This document shows, piece by piece, positions 48,157 through 56,295 of a stretch of DNA of 64,000 nt. The notes beneath the pieces were generated by a model, which was given only the letters and a program-made list of their open reading frames with translations, had not been told where the DNA came from and made no database searches. Both the position numbers and the translations under genes were made by a program. Numbering within the stretch: the first letter of the stretch is position 1; each line of letters starts with the position of its first letter. Source of the DNA: a virus (taxonomy: Duplodnaviria; Heunggongvirae; Uroviricota; Caudoviricetes); the IMG/VR virus record IMGVR_UViG_2909739949_000002, positions 18,529 to 82,528 of that record; one strand, 5' to 3'.

Positions 48157-50370
48157 ATGTCTAAATTAGATCAGTACTTGGATCTATTACAGCCTCAGTA
48201 TCTTAGTAGAGAATTCATTAAGAGTTATGAGAATAAGAAGCCACCCTTTGGTCAATTAGGTGCAGTTATATATATCAGAACTTATAGTAGGTTTATTGAA
48301 GAGTTACGTAGAAGAGAGAGATGGATTGAGACCATCAGTAGAGTAATAGAATATTCTCTAAGCTTAGATACAGTAACACCTTTTGAAGAGAAGCAAGAAG
48401 AGGCTAAAGAACTATTCGAGATGATGTTCTATCTTAAGGGATTACCTTCAGGTAGATCTTTATGGACTGCTGGCTCTGCACAAAGTAGAAGAGATTCTAG
48501 TTCTAATTGGAACTGTACCTTTAGGGTAATGGATTCTCTATCATCTTTTAGTGAAATTTATTATTGGTTATTAATTGGGGCGGGCACTGGATTTTCAGTA
48601 GAAGAGAAATACATTACTAAACTACCTAAGTTCTATAACAATAAGCAAATAGACCATGAGGAATATAATTGTCTATATCCTTATGTGAAGTCAGATGATT
48701 TATCTATTATTAGTGCTGATAAAGAAATAAGACTAGGTAAAGAATATCTCTATCTAAACGACGAAGAGTTTAGAGATAAGTTATCTGGTTTAGGTAGTGT
48801 AGTTCATATAGATATTGGAGATTCTAAAGAAGCGTGGTGTTTAACTCTTAGAACTCTACTAACTATATTTACTATTGAGTCTATTAGAAGGATTACATTT
48901 AACTATGATTTAATTAGACCAGAAGGTACTAGAATTAGAACCTTTGGTGGTAGAAGTAGTGGGCCTCGTGCTTTAAAAGAACTTATAGATAATATATTAA
49001 AGATATTTAACAGGTTTACTGAAGGTAGTGAGTTACTAGAGTTTGTTCTAGATTCAGTAGGTGTATTAGATATATTGAATGCAGTAGGGTTAAATGTTAA
49101 GAGTGGAGGTACTAGAAGAACAGCAGAGATAGGTCTAGGTAGTAGATTAGATAAAGCTTTTATTACTGCTAAAGAGAATCTATGGTCTGATCCTAAGAAA
49201 GAAGAATGGAAAGTTATTAGGACTATGTCTAATAATTCTATTCTTTATTATGAGAATCCAGGAGTAGAAGAGATTAGAAGAAACCTAGACTATACCCAGA
49301 ATGGAGATCCTGGTGTTTGGATTATAGGTAATAGTTTAAAGCTGGCTGAGAGTCCTGTAGCTGGAACAAATCCATGTGCGGAAGCAGCACTAGATGATAA
49401 ACAGTCTTGTAACTTGACAACTCAAGTTGTAGTGAATCATGTGTATCATGATTGGCTAATAGATAGTTATCAGTATGACTACGAAGCTAGCGAGAGAACT
49501 ATAGAGTTAATTACTCGTATTGGTTGTAGACAAACTCTAGCTAATCAATGGCATCCTGAATGGGATAAGACTCAGAAAAGAGATAGATTATTAGGTGTAT
49601 CCATGACTGGGATTATGGATGCGGCTGATATATTAGGTTGGGGTCTTAAGGAGCTTGAGGAATTCTTCAAGTGGGCTAAGAAAGTATCTATTGAAGAAGC
49701 TAATAGATATCACGATTATCTAGGTATTAATAGAAGTACTAGAGTAACATTACTTAAACCAGAAGGAACCTTATCTCTATTACCTACAGTAAGTAGTGGT
49801 ATTCATAGAGCATATGCACCTTATTTCTATAGAAGAGTTAGATTTAGTAAGACTGACCCATTAACTAAAGTACTCCTAGATGTAGGAATGGTACCAGTTC
49901 CAGAGAATGGACAGGGTGATGATCTCTATGCAGAAGAATGTAATACTTGGATATTTACATTCCCTATGAAGACTAATGCTTCTATTAGAGCTATTGATGA
50001 AAGTGCGATCGCACAATTAGAGAGATATAAAGTAGCTCAGAAGTATTATGCTGATCGGGGACATAACATTTCTATTACAGTAACCATTGAACCTAGAGAA
50101 TATGATGAAGTAGCTCAATGGTTATATGATAATTGGGATGATGTAATTGGTATAGCTTTCCTCAGTAGATTTGATCCTAGAGAAGGGGGTCAAGCAGCTT
50201 ATCCTAACATGCCTAATGAACCTTGTACTGAAGAAGAATATTTAGAGCTTAAGAGTAAGACACCAGAGTTAGATGAGTTAGAGTTGTTAGATTTACTTAC
50301 CAAGTATGAGACTGATTATGAAGACTACGAGTTAGATAGTGATTGTCTACAAGGATGTCCAGTTAAATAA
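48157..50370 (+). CDS. nrdJ: ribonucleotide reductase, class II (adenosylcobalamin-dependent, monomeric NrdJ-like)
   Basis: 737 aa; active-site N-P-C-A-E with second Cys 11 residues downstream (SCN), matching the Cys408/Cys419 spacing of class II RNR; LGVSMTGIMD loop; C-terminal CLQGC pair. Confidence 0.7.
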   Translation: MSKLDQYLDLLQPQYLSREFIKSYENKKPPFGQLGAVIYIRTYSRFIEELRRRERWIETISRVIEYSLSLDTVTPFEEKQEEAKELFEMMFYLKGLPSGRSLWTAGSAQSRRDSSSNWNCTFRVMDSLSSFSEIYYWLLIGAGTGFSVEEKYITKLPKFYNNKQIDHEEYNCLYPYVKSDDLSIISADKEIRLGKEYLYLNDEEFRDKLSGLGSVVHIDIGDSKEAWCLTLRTLLTIFTIESIRRITFNYDLIRPEGTRIRTFGGRSSGPRALKELIDNILKIFNRFTEGSELLEFVLDSVGVLDILNAVGLNVKSGGTRRTAEIGLGSRLDKAFITAKENLWSDPKKEEWKVIRTMSNNSILYYENPGVEEIRRNLDYTQNGDPGVWIIGNSLKLAESPVAGTNPCAEAALDDKQSCNLTTQVVVNHVYHDWLIDSYQYDYEASERTIELITRIGCRQTLANQWHPEWDKTQKRDRLLGVSMTGIMDAADILGWGLKELEEFFKWAKKVSIEEANRYHDYLGINRSTRVTLLKPEGTLSLLPTVSSGIHRAYAPYFYRRVRFSKTDPLTKVLLDVGMVPVPENGQGDDLYAEECNTWIFTFPMKTNASIRAIDESAIAQLERYKVAQKYYADRGHNISITVTIEPREYDEVAQWLYDNWDDVIGIAFLSRFDPREGGQAAYPNMPNEPCTEEEYLELKSKTPELDELELLDLLTKYETDYEDYELDSDCLQGCPVK

Positions 50371-50377
50371 GTAGAAT

Positions 50378-50402
50378 AAGGCGGCCTAACTAGCCGCCTT
50401 AC
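50378..50402 (+). terminator. AAGGCGGC-CTAACTA-GCCGCCTT hairpin (family A)
   Basis: after nrdJ stop, followed by ACTTATT. Confidence 0.5.
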
Positions 50403-50422
50403 TTATTAAAAGAGGTATTTAA

Positions 50423-50719
50423 ATGAGAGGTTTAAGAAATCTATTTCTATTAGCTAGCTATCTTAATCCAGTAAGATATATATTCTTCTTTTGGAATCAT
50501 CCTACTAAAGATAAAGAAGGAGAAAGAAGCGAGCTATTTGATTATCCTGATGAATGTATTGATGCTGCTCAGGAGTGGTTAGATAAAGGCAAATATAATA
50601 GAGTATCTAAGATGTATGAATATAGAGAATATGATAATAAAGATGATATATGTCATCAAGAATATATTCATATGTCTTATGAAGAATGGAAAGAAATCTA
50701 TGAAGAGGAAGAAAAATAA
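50423..50719 (+). CDS. hypothetical acidic protein
   Basis: AGAGG SD. Confidence 0.45.
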   Translation: MRGLRNLFLLASYLNPVRYIFFFWNHPTKDKEGERSELFDYPDECIDAAQEWLDKGKYNRVSKMYEYREYDNKDDICHQEYIHMSYEEWKEIYEEEEK

Positions 50720-51195
50720 TGAATAAAGATTACCCAGAACAAGTTCCTTTAAGTATAGGTAAGTCGCCTTCAGTAGAGAAATATAAACAGCTATTGCATA
50801 GGAAGTTACAAGACCCTTTACTTCCTCCAGAAGAAAAGAATAGATTAATTTCCTCTTTATCTGAAATAGAAAAGAGGAAGTCATTATTATATCGTTTGAT
50901 AGATAGTATCTTTTATAGAAGAAAGATAGGCGGCAAAGAAGGTAAAGGGAGAATAAATGAGGGGGAGTTTAGTTACTATAGCTTCTCTTACTCTAATAGA
51001 AATAAAGAGATAACAGTTATATACTATAAACCTCTTATCTTAGAGTTAAGGTTAGGTATGGAAGTAAAACTAGACTTAACTAACTCTAAAGGAAAAGCTA
51101 TAAGTTTGATATGTAAAGTGATATCAACTGATAGAGCAGAAGAGAATGAAAAGATAGGTAAGTTTAGAGTAAAGATAGTTGAGGCAGTTAGTTAA
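50719..51195 (+). CDS. hypothetical protein
   Basis: ATAATG coupling. Confidence 0.45.
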   Translation: MNKDYPEQVPLSIGKSPSVEKYKQLLHRKLQDPLLPPEEKNRLISSLSEIEKRKSLLYRLIDSIFYRRKIGGKEGKGRINEGEFSYYSFSYSNRNKEITVIYYKPLILELRLGMEVKLDLTNSKGKAISLICKVISTDRAEENEKIGKFRVKIVEAVS

Positions 51196-51661
51196 GCCGC
51201 TTAATCTATTAAATAGAAGAAATAGCATGAACTATATAGAGAAACTTAAATTAGCAGAGAAATCTCTAGAGGAAGATAAGAAAAGATATGACCAAGAAAT
51301 GGAAGAGTTTCACGCTAAGTTAAATAGTGATCCTGAGTTTGCTCAGAAGGTTAAGACTTGGAGTGACAGTAATGAAAGTAGTGACTATCCTTCTTTTAGA
51401 AGAAATCCCTTCCTTCCTAGAGAAATCATAAATATAGACAAAGAAAGATTATTAGCTAGGACAGAAGAACTATGTAATAAATACTCTGTAGGTTTAGAAG
51501 TATCAGAAAGTAATTTAATAGCTACTTTAAGTTTTCCTAATAATTTAATTATTTACTATGCACTAACCACAAATAAATGGAGAGTTAAAGGAGATAAAAA
51601 ATGGGTAAAGAGTAAAAATTTACATAGTATATTACTTAAATATAAAAGTAACTTGATTTAG
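51179..51661 (+). CDS. hypothetical protein
   Basis: overlapping start. Confidence 0.4.
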   Translation: MRQLVKPLNLLNRRNSMNYIEKLKLAEKSLEEDKKRYDQEMEEFHAKLNSDPEFAQKVKTWSDSNESSDYPSFRRNPFLPREIINIDKERLLARTEELCNKYSVGLEVSESNLIATLSFPNNLIIYYALTTNKWRVKGDKKWVKSKNLHSILLKYKSNLI

Positions 51662-51682
51662 GCGGCCTAACTAGCCGCCCTT
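51661..51682 (+). terminator. GGCGGC-CTAACTA-GCCGCC hairpin (family A)
   Basis: starts in stop codon of previous ORF. Confidence 0.5.
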
Positions 51683-51705
51683 CTAATTCTAAATACAAAT
51701 AAACT

Positions 51706-51960
51706 ATGCTGCAAATAGAAACAATAGACGAATTAGTAGACAGCATTAATAAACTATCATCTCATATATCTATTCAACAAGAGAAAGATGAATGGGTATG
51801 GAAAGTCTATGATGATGAGAAGTTTATTAAAGCTAGGAGTGAGGACTATGCTTTAGATACATTAGAGACTAAGGCGGCGGCACTACTAGATTTAGTATTC
51901 TATCTAGAGAGTCAATTAGATACTAGATCTGGTACTAAAGTAAATGATTGTATTATTTAG
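51706..51960 (+). CDS. hypothetical small protein
   Basis: ORF 84 aa. Confidence 0.4.
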   Translation: MLQIETIDELVDSINKLSSHISIQQEKDEWVWKVYDDEKFIKARSEDYALDTLETKAAALLDLVFYLESQLDTRSGTKVNDCII

Positions 51961-51973
51961 GTAATAGCAGATT

Positions 51974-52252
51974 ATGTCAGAACTAAAGACTTACGAGATT
52001 AATATTTGCTATGAAGATACTAATGGGAGATTAGTATTAACTCCCTATAAGGAATTCCTAGCCGCTAATTCAGAAGAAGCTTTATCACATGCTCATAACT
52101 ATTTCTACAACAAATATAGTTATGTTGATAAAGAGAGGATTATGTTCTCTAAAGCAATAGAGATAAAGAGTACTAGCCAATCAAGTAAATACAATATTAA
52201 TTTAGGTAGTGTTAGTAATATTAGAATTGGTGATGATTTTAATTTTATGTAA
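51974..52252 (+). CDS. hypothetical small protein
   Basis: ORF 92 aa. Confidence 0.4.
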   Translation: MSELKTYEINICYEDTNGRLVLTPYKEFLAANSEEALSHAHNYFYNKYSYVDKERIMFSKAIEIKSTSQSSKYNINLGSVSNIRIGDDFNFM

Positions 52253-52263
52253 GGAGTAGATAA

Positions 52264-52494
52264 ATGTTGGAATTAATAGCCGCGTGTTTAATAGGAATAT
52301 ACTTTGGTATATTAATGAGCGGTAAAAGTTCTTCTAGAAGAATTAATGCAATTCCCAATGAGAAAAGAACTGCTCTAAAGAATGGCTTACCTATTACTAT
52401 CAAGTCAGAGATAAGTGAGACTGGTTATTACCGAGTCTATGATGAGATGAATGATGAAGAAATCTACGTTAAGAGAGAGGATATTGCTGAATGA
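52264..52494 (+). CDS. small membrane protein
   Basis: AAGGAG SD; TM helix. Confidence 0.45.
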   Translation: MLELIAACLIGIYFGILMSGKSSSRRINAIPNEKRTALKNGLPITIKSEISETGYYRVYDEMNDEEIYVKREDIAE

Positions 52495-53036
52495 ACCAAG
52501 AGTATTTAGACCTAATTAAATCAGTAGGGATTGAAGATACCTTTCTCCTAATAGAAACATTTACTACTGATAACAATACTGTTCTAAGAGATCTATATAT
52601 AGATGCAATTAAGTCTATTAGAGATCCTCAGTATAAAGTATTTAGTTATCCTTCTGCTAAAAGAGAGATGATGATTAGTGTACTTAAACAAAGTGGTACT
52701 TTAGAGAACACTATCAAGCTAATAGATATTCTACGTAGTGATAAGAAAGATGAGTTGGTAGATATTTATAGAGAATTAACTAAAGCCGATGAAGAAGAGA
52801 AGTTTGAGTTACTGGTAGATGGTATTCCTATAGTTCCTATATCTAAATGGGACTATAGAGATAGTAAGGTGTATGTATCTCTATTAGAAGAAACAATGTT
52901 TCCTGCTAAGTTATTTATGAATAGCAAAGAGAAATATCATCTAACTCTAATAGAGAATGGAATGGTGCGGCATCAATTGAAAGGTACTAAACCTAGATTA
53001 GAAGAGAAAAATTCATTCTTAGTAATGGAAGTGTAG
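52491..53036 (+). CDS. hypothetical protein
   Basis: ATGA coupling. Confidence 0.45.
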   Translation: MNQEYLDLIKSVGIEDTFLLIETFTTDNNTVLRDLYIDAIKSIRDPQYKVFSYPSAKREMMISVLKQSGTLENTIKLIDILRSDKKDELVDIYRELTKADEEEKFELLVDGIPIVPISKWDYRDSKVYVSLLEETMFPAKLFMNSKEKYHLTLIENGMVRHQLKGTKPRLEEKNSFLVMEV

Positions 53037-53546
53037 ATGGAAGAACTTATATTCCCTGTAATAAATTCTCAAGAGATAAGAAAAAGAATAAATAAGTTGG
53101 GCTTTGTTCTAACTGAAGGTATATCTGTAAGAAAGATATATTATTCTTTAGAAAATAAGAAGATAGTACTAGCTAATTACTATGGTCATCATACTTATAT
53201 CCTTCTTTCTTATGATGAGAATTTAGATAAGAGAAAAGAAGTTATATATCTAGAAAGTTTTGAGGATGGAAAGAAGTTTTTAGAAGCGTTAGGGTGTGAG
53301 AGTAGGGGAGAAGTAGTAATAGAGAATAGAGATATATACGAGCATCCAAGCTACATTAACATAGAGAATTTATATCTAGATAATGTAAAAGATGCGGGCT
53401 GGTTTCTAGTTATCTATGGAAACTTGTACTCAAATAAATTAGAAGACTATTTTCATTTAGATTTAGTAAAGGATTTATTAGTATCTAATGGTGATAGCGC
53501 GTTAACTTCTTACAAACAATTCATGAAAAGAGATGGAAGAGAATAA
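53037..53546 (+). CDS. hypothetical protein
   Basis: coupled. Confidence 0.45.
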   Translation: MEELIFPVINSQEIRKRINKLGFVLTEGISVRKIYYSLENKKIVLANYYGHHTYILLSYDENLDKRKEVIYLESFEDGKKFLEALGCESRGEVVIENRDIYEHPSYINIENLYLDNVKDAGWFLVIYGNLYSNKLEDYFHLDLVKDLLVSNGDSALTSYKQFMKRDGRE

Positions 53547-53817
53547 TAATGTACTAGTAGAAGTATATGATCTACAAGGTAATCGAATAGGTCTATTAGA
53601 AGTATCTAGATTACCTTGTGTAGGAGAGATAGTTAGTATTGAAGAATGTAGTTACTTAACTCCTTCAGATTTAATAAGTGCTTATGGATGCTTACCTACT
53701 ATTAAATATGTGTTTCATAAATTAAGAGAAACTCATCACGGTAATATTGTTGGCAAGATAGTAGTAGAGGATTGCCATATAAAAGATTCAGTTCTGATTG
53801 CCTTAGATGAAGATTAA
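53533..53817 (+). CDS. hypothetical small protein
   Basis: overlapping start. Confidence 0.4.
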   Translation: MEENNNVLVEVYDLQGNRIGLLEVSRLPCVGEIVSIEECSYLTPSDLISAYGCLPTIKYVFHKLRETHHGNIVGKIVVEDCHIKDSVLIALDED

Positions 53818-54064
53818 GAACCTGATGCATTAAGCAAACCCAGAGTAAGACCAACCAGACTAGCTCCTATTGCTCTTCTTAAGGGGACATTATCTCCTAC
53901 AGAATCCACAATAATAATACCCACAACCCAGATAACAAGAATAAAAAATAAAGTCAGCCAAAGAGGCAGCTTCTCTCCAGAAGGTGAAGACATAGCAATC
54001 AATAAGAAACTACTTGATTCTTTGATAACCTAAATCGAGTGCTAATGATAACAGTGTAAATACT

Positions 54065-54096
54065 TAGGCGGCTAGTTAAGCCGCCTATTTTATTTA
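54065..54096 (+). terminator. TTAGGCGGC-TAGTTAA-GCCGCCTATTTTATTT terminator (family A)
   Basis: stem + T-run. Confidence 0.6.
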
Positions 54097-54110
54097 GGGG
54101 GAATATAAAC

Positions 54111-54638
54111 ATGGTAAAGAAATCACAGATAACATTTGAACTAGAGAATACAGAAGTAGGAGATTTAAGAAGCCATATTAGTAAAATGGGTTTCTCAGGT
54201 AGATTTGTTAGAGACAATAGAGAATATTATTATCTACCTACTTATACAGATAGTATAGATACTCGACTGATTATTAGAGAGGACAATAATCAAGGTAGGT
54301 TAATACAACAATCTCTACCAGAGAATTATGAGTTTGAAGAGAATAGTATCTCTATTGATCATGTAGCTACAGCTAGAAAGATATTTGAGAATATAGGTTG
54401 GCGACTAGATGTAGAAGTAATTAAGTTTACTGAAGTATATCAATCTGATTTCTATCTAGGATGTGAGATAGGTATAGTGTGTCTATTAAGTAGTGCATGG
54501 TTTCTAGAGATTAAAGCGCCTTATATAGAAACAGCTTGGAATATAGCTGAGAAATTGAATATGCAGGATAGGAAATTAATAGACAAGACTTATAAGATGT
54601 ATGCAGAAGAATCTAAGAAAGTAAGAGAGGTAGTATAG
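54111..54638 (+). CDS. hypothetical protein
   Basis: GGGGG SD. Confidence 0.5.
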   Translation: MVKKSQITFELENTEVGDLRSHISKMGFSGRFVRDNREYYYLPTYTDSIDTRLIIREDNNQGRLIQQSLPENYEFEENSISIDHVATARKIFENIGWRLDVEVIKFTEVYQSDFYLGCEIGIVCLLSSAWFLEIKAPYIETAWNIAEKLNMQDRKLIDKTYKMYAEESKKVREVV

Positions 54639-54949
54639 TGGAAAATTTAATTAGATTTCTAATAGATGAAGGTGTAATATCAGAAGTCAATCAATTAAAA
54701 GCAGAAGCCGCCCTACATAGATATGTAATTACACATGGCTTCTGTTGCTATTGGACAGGTAATGATGTATTGACTAGGGCTAATAGCATGGGTGTAAGTT
54801 TAACTAAAGAGGAAGCAGCTAAGATTATTCTAGATATAGGTGAAGATCATGATGGGTATAAGCCTATTACTTGGGAGACTATTGAGGTGGCTATTAATAA
54901 TTATCTAAAAGGAATTTCTTTTCTTCCTCCTAATGAAACTGAGTACTAA
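54638..54949 (+). CDS. hypothetical protein
   Basis: GTG start, GAGG SD. Confidence 0.4.
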   Translation: MENLIRFLIDEGVISEVNQLKAEAALHRYVITHGFCCYWTGNDVLTRANSMGVSLTKEEAAKIILDIGEDHDGYKPITWETIEVAINNYLKGISFLPPNETEY

Positions 54950-54985
54950 TTTCTTTAATGGGTACTATATTAGTTAGATAAAACT

Positions 54986-55204
54986 ATGAGAAATAATATG
55001 GCACCTATAGAATTATCTCTAGAGCAACAGTTTAGTATTCGTTCCTTTGCTACTCAAGTAGAAGGAATGTCACATGAACAAGCTAAGGATTTCTTAGTGG
55101 ACTTATATAGACAAATGATAGTTAGAGAAGCCACCTATCAAGAGCTATTAAAACATCAATGGGGGCTGGATAATCCTCCTACCCTTAAGGATCAATTAGG
55201 ATAA
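54986..55204 (+). CDS. hypothetical small protein
   Basis: ORF 72 aa. Confidence 0.4.
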   Translation: MRNNMAPIELSLEQQFSIRSFATQVEGMSHEQAKDFLVDLYRQMIVREATYQELLKHQWGLDNPPTLKDQLG

Positions 55205-55209
55205 ATTAG

Positions 55210-55238
55210 TTGACAAATATCAACTAATACCCTACTGT
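55210..55238 (+). promoter_or_regulatory. sigma70-like promoter TTGACA-17-TACTGT immediately upstream of RNA array
   Basis: perfect -35 hexamer, 17-bp spacer, -10 with T1/A2/T6; predicted start about 7-10 nt before first array unit. Confidence 0.4.
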
Positions 55239-55249
55239 GATTTATATAA

Positions 55250-55368
55250 GGTACTGCTCCCTCTTCTGTCGAAGAATGAGATAGAAGCCATAGATAGTTA
55301 CTTCGGTTAAATCAAGGTTCAACTCCTTAAACTCTCATTGAGAGTATGTACTATCTAGTCCACCGTCC
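55250..55368 (+). ncRNA. Y-RNA-like structured RNA unit a (with tRNA-like module)
   Basis: 5' GGTACTGCT ... TAGATAGT-TTACTTC ... T-arm AAGG-TTCAACT-CCTT, closed acceptor AAACTCTC-ATT-GAGAGTAT ... ACTATCTA ... CCACCGTCC. Confidence 0.5.
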
Positions 55369-55396
55369 TTATATAAATAAGCATTTAAATATAGAT

Positions 55397-55465
55397 GGGT
55401 GCTGCTAATTAAGAGTTACTTCTTTTAGGGTAAAGACACAGTAAGACTCTAATGCTCACTGCCCC
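55397..55465 (+). ncRNA. Y-RNA-like structured RNA unit b (short form)
   Basis: GGGTGCTGCT-AATTAAGAG-TTACTTC ... ACTCTAAT ... CACTGCCCC; internal helix ATTA(A)GAGT/ACTCTAAT. Confidence 0.5.
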
Positions 55466-55483
55466 ATTTTTAATCTTCTCAAT

Positions 55484-55672
55484 ATGGAATGGAATAAGGA
55501 GATAGATTTACTCTTTGATAAATGGATAGAGATATCAATAGAGAAAGGTGAATGGTTTTACTTTTCAATAAAAGAAATCTATGATGTAGATCCTAAGTAT
55601 CAAGGAGTATTAGGTAAAACTGATTCAAGACCTGTATTTGAATTAGGATTTAGATTACCTTTTAAGATCTAA
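55484..55672 (+). CDS. questionable small ORF (62 aa) inside the RNA array
   Basis: no SD; lies between units b and c. Confidence 0.25.
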   Translation: MEWNKEIDLLFDKWIEISIEKGEWFYFSIKEIYDVDPKYQGVLGKTDSRPVFELGFRLPFKI

Positions 55673-55682
55673 ATAAATTAGA

Positions 55683-55809
55683 GGTGCTGCTCTAGATAGT
55701 TACTTCAGTAAAATCGTTCGGTTGTTAGTTCAAGTCTAACTATTACCCAAGGGTAATATAGCTCAATGGTAGAGCAAATGAAAAGATAAAACTATCTAAC
55801 CCACTGCCC
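55683..55809 (+). ncRNA. Y-RNA-like structured RNA unit c (with tRNA-like module 55724-55776)
   Basis: GGTGCTGCT-CTAGATAG-TTACTTC; T-arm GTTAG-TTCAAGT-CTAAC; acceptor TATTACCC-AA-GGGTAATA; D-arm GCTC-AATGGTA-GAGC; helix TAGATAGTT/AACTATCTA; 3' CCACTGCCC. Confidence 0.6.
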
Positions 55810-55820
55810 TCTTAGGAAAT

Positions 55821-55891
55821 GGGTACTGCTAGTTAAGGTTACTTCTATTAAAGCCAACAAACAGAGACAATACCTTAACGCTTACCGTCCC
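55821..55891 (+). ncRNA. Y-RNA-like structured RNA unit d (short form)
   Basis: GGGTACTGCT-AGTTAAGG-TTACTTC ... ACCTTAAC ... TTACCGTCCC; helix GTTAAGGT/ACCTTAAC. Confidence 0.5.
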
Positions 55892-55898
55892 ATTTAAT

Positions 55899-55970
55899 CC
55901 AGTCTTAGTTCATCGGTAGAATAGGCCTTTTGGGAAGGTCGGGTAACTGGTTCAATTCCAGTAGACTGGA
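55899..55970 (+). tRNA. tRNA-Pro (anticodon UGG)
   Basis: acceptor CCAGTCT/AGACTGG, D-stem GTTC/GAAT, anticodon stem GGCCT/AGGTC loop TTTGGGA, T-arm ACTGG-TTCAATT-CCAGT, discriminator A. Confidence 0.75.
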
Positions 55971-56046
55971 TTTAACTAACTAGTACTAAAGTGATGTAAT
56001 CATGTAGATTACTTCTCTTTAGCTTATAAGGGTTAGTTAGAATAGA

Positions 56047-56198
56047 AGTGCTGATAAGTAGAGATACATCAATAAATTAGATGTCCGTAGGTTCAAATCC
56101 TACTATTATTAGGTAACTAGTAATATGGCTGAGTGGCTAAAAGCATCTATTCTTAAAGAGTAGAGACATCACATACCATTTCTCTACTGACTACTGCC
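56047..56198 (+). ncRNA. Y-RNA-like structured RNA unit e (with tRNA-like module 56087-56144); preceded by degenerate partial unit at ~55990
   Basis: AGTGCTGAT-AAGTAGAGA-TACATC; T-arm GTAGG-TTCAAAT-CCTAC; acceptor TATTATT-A-GGTAACT-AGTAATA; D-arm GCT-GAGTGGCTAAA-AGC; helix AGTAGAGA/TCTCTACT; 3' CTACTGCC. Confidence 0.5.
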
Positions 56199-56212
56199 TT
56201 CTAGATATGAAA

Positions 56213-56287
56213 GGTACTGAATAGATAGAGATACTTCTACCGCAAATGGAAACATGGTAAACAAACCCTCTCTATCATCTACTGTCC
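56213..56287 (+). ncRNA. Y-RNA-like structured RNA unit f (short form)
   Basis: GGTACTGAA-TAGATAGAG-ATACTTC ... CTCTCTATC ... CTACTGTCC; helix GATAGAGA/TCTCTATC. Confidence 0.5.
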
Positions 56288-56295
56288 TTTTAGTA

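Noticed and set aside
53814-54217. Two minus-strand ORFs (62 and 72 aa) in the gap between + genes
   Set aside because: The first has a TTG start and no SD, and the second is low complexity. The gap is more simply the terminator or leader region containing the 54065 hairpin. A small minus-strand membrane protein at 53814-53990 remains possible.
55484-55672. 62-aa ORF inside the RNA array as a real gene
   Set aside because: It has no SD and lies in a non-coding RNA cluster. It is kept only as a low-confidence feature.
55724-55776. Circularly permuted tRNA genes (3' half before 5' half)
   Set aside because: The anticodon arm is replaced by the conserved long stem shared by all units. The loop-closed acceptor topology matches the known tRNA-mimic Y RNA architecture better than a split tRNA. 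No bulge-helix-bulge junction or splicing endonuclease context is present. This cannot be fully excluded without experiments.
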